A stretch of DNA of 25,441 nucleotides, taken from positions 1-25,441 of IMG/VR virus record IMGVR_UViG_3300032303_001425. One strand, written 5' to 3'. Shown one piece after another: positions 6,875 through 15,084 of the stretch. The DNA is from a virus (taxonomy: Duplodnaviria; Caudoviricetes). Each line of letters begins with the position of its first letter. Position 1 is the first letter of the stretch. The position numbers were made by a program, and so were the translations under genes. Under the pieces are notes generated by a model, which had not been told where the DNA came from, ran no database searches, and worked only from the letters and a program-made list of their open reading frames with translations.

Positions 6875-7842
6875 AAATACATCTTTCTGTAGGCATCTGC
6901 TAGGCTACCTTTCCAGTTCCATTCGCACATCTTTTTGTAAATATTCCATTGGTCAATATCGCCAAATAAAGCTTTGGCTTCAGCAATTGATTTGCAAGGA
7001 ATTATCTCAGGATAGCATCCAAAGACCACCGGATTTCTGATATTACCCAAGATACTATTGAAAACGATATGATCGCCCAGCCCAGAGTTAAGAACAATAA
7101 TAGTTCTATCAGAAAAACCCACAATATTGTTAAAGATAGCTTCATCATGTTCATACATTTCCCTTCTAGTTTCAGACCTAATGCCCCCTTCTGGGTTCTT
7201 CATGTGCCATGTAACTGCATGGGGAACTGTTAAAATTTTATACCCTTTTAGGTATAAACCATAAGTAAACAATGTTTCTTCCCTATGAGCCACTCTTGAT
7301 AGCCCAAGGTTGTAATCATGCACTCCAGCCCGATATAGGAATGAACAATGCAGATGCTCTACTTCTTTTGTTTTCTTTATATAATTCCATTGAATATTGG
7401 GTTCTGACTGAATGTTTGCTATTTTTCCAGTAGATTCACTTGTATTAAATAAGTTAGGTGGGGTAAGAATAGAACCACCAATAGCCCCAACATCTTCTAT
7501 GGATGTGTAGCCTAATAAATTTCCTAGGACATTTGGTTCTGGGATTGCATCATCATCGCATCGCCAAACCCAATCAAAGCCCATTGTGTTAGCTCTTTGG
7601 TGAATATGGTGTTGCCCCTTTTTTTCTGCATATTGCCATTCCCAAGCTATCTTTTTTATATCTAACATTTGAAAGAAATACTGATAAATCATTTCATTTC
7701 GCATATCTTGAGGTTCATCATTATCATCAAAGATAACTACCTTATCTGGTAATGTAGTTTGATTAATAATGGCATTTAATACCAATGGAAGGGTAGTATG
7801 GTATCTACCTCTAGTAGCTACCGAGCATAAAACTTTAGGCAT
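6871..7842 (-). CDS. GT2 glycosyltransferase with a C-terminal GT9-N-like extension
   Basis: VLCSVATRGR...VVIFDDN...WVWRCDDDAIP (DxD)...REET, then IIVLNSGLGDHIVF. Confidence 0.8.
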   Translation of the reverse strand: MPKVLCSVATRGRYHTTLPLVLNAIINQTTLPDKVVIFDDNDEPQDMRNEMIYQYFFQMLDIKKIAWEWQYAEKKGQHHIHQRANTMGFDWVWRCDDDAIPEPNVLGNLLGYTSIEDVGAIGGSILTPPNLFNTSESTGKIANIQSEPNIQWNYIKKTKEVEHLHCSFLYRAGVHDYNLGLSRVAHREETLFTYGLYLKGYKILTVPHAVTWHMKNPEGGIRSETRREMYEHDEAIFNNIVGFSDRTIIVLNSGLGDHIVFNSILGNIRNPVVFGCYPEIIPCKSIAEAKALFGDIDQWNIYKKMCEWNWKGSLADAYRKMYL

Positions 7843-8404
7843 TGTCCCACCTACAAAGCATTAAACTAAATTGATCGTCTGGGCTAATATGCGATGTAAC
7901 ATAGCCATCTTGATTAATAAATTCATATTGAAAGCCGGGCAAGTCTTTTTCTGTCAATCTATGCAACTTATGATGTTCACCCCAAAAACCCGGTGGTTCA
8001 TTGTATGGAACTGAAATAAGTAATCTTTTGCAATGCTTCTTTAGTTTTTCAACAATTTGTAATCCATTATCTAAATGCTCGATAACTTCAAAAGCAATAA
8101 TGGTGTCATGTTGTTGTAAGTTTAATGTATTGATGTCTGCATGAACATACAAAGTATTGTTTCGCCATCCTTGTATAGATGCATATTTAATGATTTTTTC
8201 ATCATAATCAACACCAACATAACTAATGTCATTTGGTAAGAACTGTATTCCATAGCCAATAGAACATCCTATTTCTAAGATATTTTTTCCTAGCAGATGT
8301 TCGTTAGCCCAGATATAGCGGCTAGCTTCTCTGGGATAAACTGGATCACCTTTTAAGAATACAGCCCTTTCAAAGTTGTTTTCCAATTCTTGTCTTATAT
8401 TCAT
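7835..8404 (-). CDS. Class I SAM-dependent methyltransferase
   Basis: RYIWA...ILEIGCSIGYG, VGVDYD, HADI, DTIIAFEVIEHL, LLISVP. Confidence 0.9.
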   Translation of the reverse strand: MNIRQELENNFERAVFLKGDPVYPREASRYIWANEHLLGKNILEIGCSIGYGIQFLPNDISYVGVDYDEKIIKYASIQGWRNNTLYVHADINTLNLQQHDTIIAFEVIEHLDNGLQIVEKLKKHCKRLLISVPYNEPPGFWGEHHKLHRLTEKDLPGFQYEFINQDGYVTSHISPDDQFSLMLCRWDNA

Positions 8405-8420
8405 ATTTTCCTATCATATA

Positions 8421-11400
8421 TTATGGTCTTGGATAGACAGCCGCCACCACAGTTCCAACAGCCAAACCAGTTGCAAATACTACCTGAGTTCCACTTGTTA
8501 CTGTTACATCAGTTGCATTTTGCATTCTAATACCATTGGCATATACATCTATTTTGCCAGAAGAATATGTTACAGAAGTTGTAAATGTTGTTTGTGATGC
8601 AGTAGCAGTAAATTGGTCATAAACCATACCAGTTGCATTACCACTATAGCCTGAATAACCACTTGTGCCTTGTGCGCCAGAATATCCAGAATAACCAGAT
8701 GTACCAGCAGAACCAGCCGCACCACTATAACCAGAAATTCCTGATGCTCCAGTAGCACCACTATATCCAGAAATTCCAGAAGCACCATTTGTACCATTTG
8801 TGCCTGAATAGCCGGAGTAACCGCTTGTGCCTTGTGAACCATTAGCTCCACTATAACCACTAAATCCACTTGTACCTTGTGAACCAGTTGCCCCAGAATA
8901 TCCACTCAAACCAGAAGCACCAGTAGCACCACTATAGCCACTCAGACCAGATGCCCCTACAGCACCAGAATATCCAGAATAACCTGATGTACCTACAGCA
9001 CCACTATATCCACTATAGCCCGATGTACCATTAGCCCCTGAGAAACCAGAAATACCAGAAGTGCCATTAATGCCACTAAAGCCTGATAAGCCTTGTTCGC
9101 CTGAGAAACCAGAGTAGCCACTAATACCACTAAATCCAGAAGCACCATTTGTTCCATTAGTGCCATTAGTTCCAGAATATCCACTAAAACCACTTGTACC
9201 TTGCTGTCCAGAGAATCCAGATGCACCTACAGCACCAGAGAATCCTGAATAGCCAGATGCTCCATTTGCTCCAGAGAATCCGCTAATACCAGAAGCTCCA
9301 TTAATACCTGAGAATCCAGATAAACCTTGCTGTCCAGAGTAGCCAGAGTAACCACTAAATCCAGATGCACCATCAGCACCATCAGCACCAGTAGCACCAG
9401 AGTATCCACTTAAACCTGAGTGTCCACTAAAGCCTGAGAATCCAGATGTACCAACTTCACCACTAAAGCCACTAAAGCCAGAGATACCAGAAGCACCATT
9501 AGCACCTGAGAATCCACTAATGCCTGAGTAACCATTAATACCAGAGAAACCAGACAAACCTTGTTCTCCAGAATAGCCACTAAAGCCAGAGAAGCCTGAT
9601 ATACCACTTTCACCATCAGCACCACTAAAACCTGATGTGCCGCTTTCACCATTAGCACCAGAAATTCCAGAATAGCCAGAGAAACCAGATGTGCCTACTT
9701 CTCCACTAAATCCAGAGTAGCCACTAAATCCACTTGCTCCATTAGCACCAGAAAATCCACTTATGCCAGATGCACCATTGATACCAGAAAATCCTGAATA
9801 ACCAGAAACACCTGAACCAGAGTATCCAGATATGCCACTAGCACCACTTTCTCCAGAATAACCACTTTCTCCAGAATATCCAGATATGCCACTAAATCCT
9901 GAATAACCACTATGTCCACTTGCACCAGAGAAACCAGAATACCCTGAAAAGCCTGATACACCATTAACAAGTGCAAAAATTAAATTGCTAGTATTTCCAA
10001 AGTTAGTTGTACCAGTTCCAGAGCTTGTTATTAAAGTTACTGGATAAGTCCAATAAGCAGTAGATGTACCTTGATTGGTAACAGTTGGAGTTCCAGAAAT
10101 TTGCCAAGTTTGACTATTTGCACTTGAATTTGAATCTTGAATAATAAATTCTTCTGTTTGATTTAACAATGCTAAGTAAATATCAATATCTATATTATTT
10201 GATGTTAAATGCGAAACATTAATTGATGTTGCACTTGCTTGTGTTGAATTATTCCAAAGAATGTTTCCATTTCCGGGATACCCAGATTGTATATTGGCTC
10301 TTGCTTGGTATTGAAAATAACTTGATGATGAACCCGGTGTGCCACTAAAGCCACTATAACCACTATAACCAGATATGCCAGAATCACCGCTATATCCAGA
10401 TATGCCAGAATCACCTGAAAAACCACTTGTGCCAGAGTGACCAGAAATACCAGAAGCTCCAGAGTATCCAGAAATTCCGCTAAAACCAGAAATTCCTGAT
10501 AAACCATTTTGTCCTGAGTAACCACTTAAACCATTAATGCCAGAAAAACCGCTAATGCCACTAGCACCAGAAAAACCACTATCACCACTTAATCCATCTT
10601 GACCACTATAGCCAGAGAATCCTGAGATACCGCTATCTCCACTAAATCCTGAAAAGCCAGAATCACCAGAAATGCCTTGTTCTCCAGAGAATCCACTAAA
10701 GCCAGATTCGCCACTAAAGCCTGAATAACCTGATGTGCCATTTAATCCAGAGTAACCACTTAGACCATTGATACCAGAGTAGCCTGAAAATCCTGAAATA
10801 CCAGAATCCCCACTAAAACCTGATATGCCTGAATCGCCTGAAAAACCGCTTATGCCCGAATCACCAGAAAATCCGCTTATGCCTGAATCGCCTGAAAAAC
10901 CTGATATACCAGAATCGCCAGAATAGCCAGATGTACCACTATAGCCAGAAATGCCACTATAGCCACTTAATCCATTTTGTCCTGAATATCCACTCAGACC
11001 ATTTACACCACTAAAGCCAGAGAAACCAGATTCACCTGAGAATCCTGAGATTCCCGAATCGCCACTAAAACCTGAAATACCAGAATCGCCTGAGTAACCA
11101 CTTATGCCTGATTCGCCAGACCATCCACTAATACCAGAATCACCTGAAAATCCAGAAAAACCACTAAAGCCAGAAATACCACTATAGCCACTTGAACCAT
11201 TTTGACCAGAGTAGCCACTTAATCCATTTACTCCAGAGTAGCCTGATTCACCAGAAAACCCACTATAGCCAGATATGCCTTGTGGAACAAATAAAGACCA
11301 ATAGGTAGGATTTACGCTTGGATCATAGTTATATGGTGGAACATCAGTAATAGCAATATAAGTATTGTTATCAGCACCAATAGTAATAGAATTTGTTACA

Positions 11401-13394
11401 TAAGCAGAATAATAACTCCAAGTGCCTTGCCAATATAAACCAATGCCTGAGAAGCCAGAAATACCACTCCAACCACTATCACCAGAAAAACCACTAATGC
11501 CAGAATCGCCAGAAAAACCAGAATAGCCTGAAATACCGGAATCCCCAGAGTAACCTGAATCACCAGAGAATCCAGATATACCACTATCCCCAGAGAATCC
11601 AGAGAAGCCACTAATACCAGAATCACCAGAAAAACCAGAGATTCCAGAATCGCCACTCCAGCCACTAATGCCTGAGAAACCTGATATGCCACTATCGCCA
11701 CTAAAACCAGATGTACCAGAGTAGCCTGAAAACCCACTAAAGCCTGATAAACCAGTAGCTCCAGTTAATTCCATTCTCCAAGTAGATGATGGGTCTGTTG
11801 ATGGAGTTCCACCATCGCCAATAATATCAGCAGAGAATTCCCAGCCAAAGCCACCAGCATATTGAATTTGAGTAATGCGACCAACATAGTAATAGGTCGA
11901 TGCAGTTTCGGTATCAACTAAATTAATAAAGTTGCCAACTTGAAATGCATTTACATCAGCGATATACCAGCTTTGATTTGTGCCAATTAAAGAACCATCA
12001 GTAGCCCATGTTTCACCACCAATGTTTTCTGCTGTAAAGCCAAGACCTGAAAAACCACTATAGCCTGATTCGCCACTATATCCAGAGTAGCCACTTATAC
12101 CTGAATCTCCAGAGAAGCCAGAAATTCCTGAATCACCTGAGTAGCCTGAGAATCCACTTATGCCACTATCACCAGAAAAGCCAGAGATTCCACTATCGCC
12201 ACTAAAACCAGAATAGCCTGATATTCCAGAATCGCCACTAAATCCACTAATACCACTATCGCCTGACCAGCCACTTATTCCAGAATCGCCTGAGTAACCA
12301 GAAAATCCTGAAATGCCACTATCGCCAGAGAAGCCACTAATGCCAGAATCGCCACTATATCCTGAGAAGCCAGAAATTCCTGAATCTCCAGAGAATCCAC
12401 TTATTCCAGAATCGCCTGAAAATCCAGAAATGCCTGAATCGCCTGAATAACCACTATAGCCTGAAATGCCAGAATCACCTGAGAATCCACTTAAACCATC
12501 TTGACCAGAAAAACCAGAGATACCAGAATCTCCTGAGAAACCAGATATACCTGAATCACCTGAGAAACCTGAGTAGCCAGATATACCTGAATCTCCACTA
12601 TAACCAGAGAAACCAGAAATACCACTTTGACCAGCCGGACCAACTATCTGTCCAACATTAGTCCAAGATGTTCCTGTCCATATATATAAATCACCATTTG
12701 ATTCGACAATATAACCATCATTCAAATTACCAATTAAAGGTAAATCTTCTGGGGTTGGAACTGTGCCAATGATATTGACTGATGTGCCTTGCTGACCACT
12801 ATAGCCAGAAAAACCAGAATAGCCACTAATACCAGATTCACCAGAAAAGCCTGATTGACCATCTTGACCAGAATAACCTGAGAAACCAGATTGTCCATCC
12901 TGACCAGAAATACCACTATAGCCAGATTCACCCATCTGACCACTATATCCAGATTCGCCTGAAAAGCCACTAAAACCACTTATGCCACTTCCAGAATAAC
13001 CACTTATACCTGATGCACCATCTTGACCAGAAAAGCCACTATAGCCCGATTTACCACTTGCACCAGAAATGCCTGATGCTCCATTTTGACCAGAGTATCC
13101 AGAAAAACCAGAAGTACCTTGTGAACCAGCTTGCCCACTAAAACCACTATAACCACTTATGCCAGAGCCACTATATCCAGAATAACCACTTTGACCTGAA
13201 TAGCCACTATAGCCAGATGCCGCCGCACCACCATTTAAACCACTATAGCCAGAGAAGCCTGAATAGCCAGATTGCCCTTGCTGTCCAGATGCACCTGAGT
13301 ATCCTGAATAACCTGATCTTCCAGCCGGACCAGCAGTTCCCTTGTCGATAACAAGAGTAATTTGATTGGGATTTTCATAATTGATAGTTGGCAT
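8421..13394 (-). CDS. Giant (Ser-Gly-X)n collagen-like repeat protein with interspersed globular domains; putative virion fibre
   Basis: 1657-aa open frame; five long SG[Y/F/I/D/E/A/Q] tracts separated by four non-repetitive domains, plus a C-terminal beta-type domain; lies in the late/tail operon. Confidence 0.8.
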   Translation of the reverse strand: MPTINYENPNQITLVIDKGTAGPAGRSGYSGYSGASGQQGQSGYSGFSGYSGLNGGAAASGYSGYSGQSGYSGYSGSGISGYSGFSGQAGSQGTSGFSGYSGQNGASGISGASGKSGYSGFSGQDGASGISGYSGSGISGFSGFSGESGYSGQMGESGYSGISGQDGQSGFSGYSGQDGQSGFSGESGISGYSGFSGYSGQQGTSVNIIGTVPTPEDLPLIGNLNDGYIVESNGDLYIWTGTSWTNVGQIVGPAGQSGISGFSGYSGDSGISGYSGFSGDSGISGFSGDSGISGFSGQDGLSGFSGDSGISGYSGYSGDSGISGFSGDSGISGFSGDSGISGFSGYSGDSGISGFSGDSGISGFSGYSGDSGISGWSGDSGISGFSGDSGISGYSGFSGDSGISGFSGDSGISGFSGYSGDSGISGFSGDSGISGYSGYSGESGYSGFSGLGFTAENIGGETWATDGSLIGTNQSWYIADVNAFQVGNFINLVDTETASTYYYVGRITQIQYAGGFGWEFSADIIGDGGTPSTDPSSTWRMELTGATGLSGFSGFSGYSGTSGFSGDSGISGFSGISGWSGDSGISGFSGDSGISGFSGFSGDSGISGFSGDSGYSGDSGISGYSGFSGDSGISGFSGDSGWSGISGFSGIGLYWQGTWSYYSAYVTNSITIGADNNTYIAITDVPPYNYDPSVNPTYWSLFVPQGISGYSGFSGESGYSGVNGLSGYSGQNGSSGYSGISGFSGFSGFSGDSGISGWSGESGISGYSGDSGISGFSGDSGISGFSGESGFSGFSGVNGLSGYSGQNGLSGYSGISGYSGTSGYSGDSGISGFSGDSGISGFSGDSGISGFSGDSGISGFSGDSGISGFSGYSGINGLSGYSGLNGTSGYSGFSGESGFSGFSGEQGISGDSGFSGFSGDSGISGFSGYSGQDGLSGDSGFSGASGISGFSGINGLSGYSGQNGLSGISGFSGISGYSGASGISGHSGTSGFSGDSGISGYSGDSGISGYSGYSGFSGTPGSSSSYFQYQARANIQSGYPGNGNILWNNSTQASATSINVSHLTSNNIDIDIYLALLNQTEEFIIQDSNSSANSQTWQISGTPTVTNQGTSTAYWTYPVTLITSSGTGTTNFGNTSNLIFALVNGVSGFSGYSGFSGASGHSGYSGFSGISGYSGESGYSGESGASGISGYSGSGVSGYSGFSGINGASGISGFSGANGASGFSGYSGFSGEVGTSGFSGYSGISGANGESGTSGFSGADGESGISGFSGFSGYSGEQGLSGFSGINGYSGISGFSGANGASGISGFSGFSGEVGTSGFSGFSGHSGLSGYSGATGADGADGASGFSGYSGYSGQQGLSGFSGINGASGISGFSGANGASGYSGFSGAVGASGFSGQQGTSGFSGYSGTNGTNGTNGASGFSGISGYSGFSGEQGLSGFSGINGTSGISGFSGANGTSGYSGYSGAVGTSGYSGYSGAVGASGLSGYSGATGASGLSGYSGATGSQGTSGFSGYSGANGSQGTSGYSGYSGTNGTNGASGISGYSGATGASGISGYSGAAGSAGTSGYSGYSGAQGTSGYSGYSGNATGMVYDQFTATASQTTFTTSVTYSSGKIDVYANGIRMQNATDVTVTSGTQVVFATGLAVGTVVAAVYPRP
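8640..13330 (-). repeat. Degenerate 9-nt-period coding repeat (SGX triplets) in five tracts
   Basis: Recurring ccaga/ccact/cctga every 9 nt on the + strand. Tracts at about 8640-9960, 10335-11280, 11445-11755, 12045-12640 and 12790-13330. Confidence 0.9.
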
Positions 13395-13402
13395 GACAGA
13401 CC

Positions 13403-13888
13403 TTAATTATTAACAATAGCATCAGATCGAACAATAAACAGCAAAAAGATGATTAAATCATTTGCTGGAGTTGTATCTACTGCTGGAAAGGAAATTTTGA
13501 TGCGCCCAGAAAAGCCAGCACCATTGATATAAGCAATATCTAAGTCTGGATCATTGGCTACCAGTTCCCATGCTGATTCATCAATTACAAGAGTAAAAGA
13601 GCCATCTGCATCGCTAACATTGGTAATAGTTAAAGTTACCGGATCAGGTGTAGGGGTATAGTCGCTAATATCAAAAGACAAGCCATATCTGCTGTCTTTG
13701 ACATTACTTAATCGTCTGCGAATAATTTGAGCATCAATGGTCGCACCAGCTAAATCTAGGGGCAACTCATTATTATCAAGTAAAGCAAGATTCCAAAAAG
13801 TCTTTTGGTTATAGACTAATTCGCCAGCAATAATTTGATTGTCAAAACCCGATACCTGAGTTAAGGTATTTTTATTAAAAACTGCCAT
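13403..13888 (-). CDS. Putative virion structural/adaptor protein (BppU-N-like)
   Basis: LPLDLAGATIDAQI...LTITNVSDADGSFTLVID resembles BppU-N/Ig-like adaptors; ends 8 nt upstream of the giant gene. Confidence 0.55.
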   Translation of the reverse strand: MAVFNKNTLTQVSGFDNQIIAGELVYNQKTFWNLALLDNNELPLDLAGATIDAQIIRRRLSNVKDSRYGLSFDISDYTPTPDPVTLTITNVSDADGSFTLVIDESAWELVANDPDLDIAYINGAGFSGRIKISFPAVDTTPANDLIIFLLFIVRSDAIVNN

Positions 13889-13944
13889 GATTTTTCCATT
13901 TCTCGGTTAATGGCGAATGGTACTCCACTCAGCCCCAAATCATG
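13886..13944 (-). promoter_or_regulatory. Structured 5' leader sequestering the start codon
   Basis: CAUGAUUU/AAAUCAUG 8-bp closing stem includes the AUG; inner hairpins GGC(U)GAGUGG-AGUA-CCAUUCGCC and CCAUU-AACCGAGA-AAUGG. Confidence 0.5.
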
Positions 13945-13962
13945 TATTGTATTTTTTTATAA

Positions 13963-14223
13963 TTATACAGTTGGTTTTAGTTCATTAGTTGTTAAAACTG
14001 TACCATTCCAAGCAAATCCAATAGCACCAGCACCAATTGTTTCAGTTAAAACAAAATCAGTTTTATCTGTGTTTAAAATCCATATCATCGCTGGAATAGT
14101 TGCTTGAACTAACATTAATGTATTTTCAGGTGGTTGCCATGTATTTGTATTGCCATCCCAAACACAGACATTGTCTACTATATTAGTAGATTTATTAATC
14201 ATTAAATAATTTTCAATTGTCAT
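13963..14223 (-). CDS. Small tail-fibre-associated protein
   Basis: NY..I....NIVDNVCVWDG...WQPP...AIGFAWNG; directly after the Gly-rich fibre gene; AAGGA SD. Confidence 0.65.
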   Translation of the reverse strand: MTIENYLMINKSTNIVDNVCVWDGNTNTWQPPENTLMLVQATIPAMIWILNTDKTDFVLTETIGAGAIGFAWNGTVLTTNELKPTV

Positions 14224-14232
14224 TTTATTTCC

Positions 14233-15084
14233 TTACCATTCAAATACTACAATGCCAGCCGCACCAGCCGCACCGTTACCGTTACCGCCGCCACCGCCGC
14301 CTCCTGAACCGCTATTGGTTGCGCCAGTAACTCCATTGTTACCATCTGCTCCAGCGCCACCACCACCACCAAAAATACCATTTCCACCAAATCCGCCATT
14401 TGCACCATCGTAATAACCAGCCCAACTACCAAGACCGCCATATTGACCAGTTATATTTATAGTGCCGTTTGTGGCAGAACCACCTGATGCTGCACCAGCA
14501 AAATGTGGGTTACCAGTTCCACCACTACCACCACCACCAGTAACAGTAGTAATAGTTTGTGTTCCTGATGCAACAGTTGTGTTTCCACCAGCATTACCAT
14601 TAGCGACTCCACTACCACCACTACCAGAACCACCAATAGTTACTGCTAAAGTAGCTCCGGGTGTTAAACCAGTAAAGTATTTAATTGCCGCACCACCAGC
14701 ACCACCACCATTTCCAAAGTTTGCTCCGCCACCACCACCGCCACCGACTACAGTAACTTTAAGTGCTGTAACACCTGTTGGAATAGTAAATGTTCCGTTA
14801 GATGTAAATGCTTGACCAAGAATACCGGGCAATGAAGCACCACCACTTGCTGAAACAGTTACAGCACCAGTAGCACCTGATACAGAAATTCCTGTGCCAG
14901 CAACAATAGAAGTTACACCAGCATTAGTAAGAGTAGTTGAACCACCTAAAGATACTGAGCCACCGCCACTCATGCCTGTTCCAGCAGTAACAGTTACAGA
15001 ACTATTTTGTAGTCCAGTATTATCAGTTTGACCTGATGAATTAAGTTTGTTCGCAAATTGCGATAGGTTAAAGGCTTGTGTCAT
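14233..15084 (-). CDS. Glycine-rich tail fibre/adhesin protein
   Basis: GVTSIVAGTGISVSGATGAVTV neck, then FTSNGTFTIPTGVTALKVTVVGGGGGGG...GAAGIVVFEW Gly-rich domain. Confidence 0.8.
   Translation of the reverse strand: MTQAFNLSQFANKLNSSGQTDNTGLQNSSVTVTAGTGMSGGGSVSLGGSTTLTNAGVTSIVAGTGISVSGATGAVTVSASGGASLPGILGQAFTSNGTFTIPTGVTALKVTVVGGGGGGGANFGNGGGAGGAAIKYFTGLTPGATLAVTIGGSGSGGSGVANGNAGGNTTVASGTQTITTVTGGGGSGGTGNPHFAGAASGGSATNGTINITGQYGGLGSWAGYYDGANGGFGGNGIFGGGGGAGADGNNGVTGATNSGSGGGGGGGNGNGAAGAAGIVVFEW

Noticed and set aside
6446-8404. MTase and GTs as a DNA modification system
   Set aside because: The MTase lacks DPPY/NPPY or PC motifs and looks like a small-molecule/glycan type; the genes sit in the late structural operon. 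Disfavoured, not excluded.
8570-12979. Alternative-frame ORFs inside the giant gene (e.g. 8570..8905, 9410..9658, 11396..11737)
   Set aside because: V/L/D/Q-rich shadows produced by the 9-nt periodic repeat; no independent coding signal.
8640-13330. CRISPR array or DGR template/variable repeat
   Set aside because: The repeats are degenerate coding triplets without unique spacers; I saw no adenine-specific repeat pair and no cas or reverse transcriptase gene in the window.
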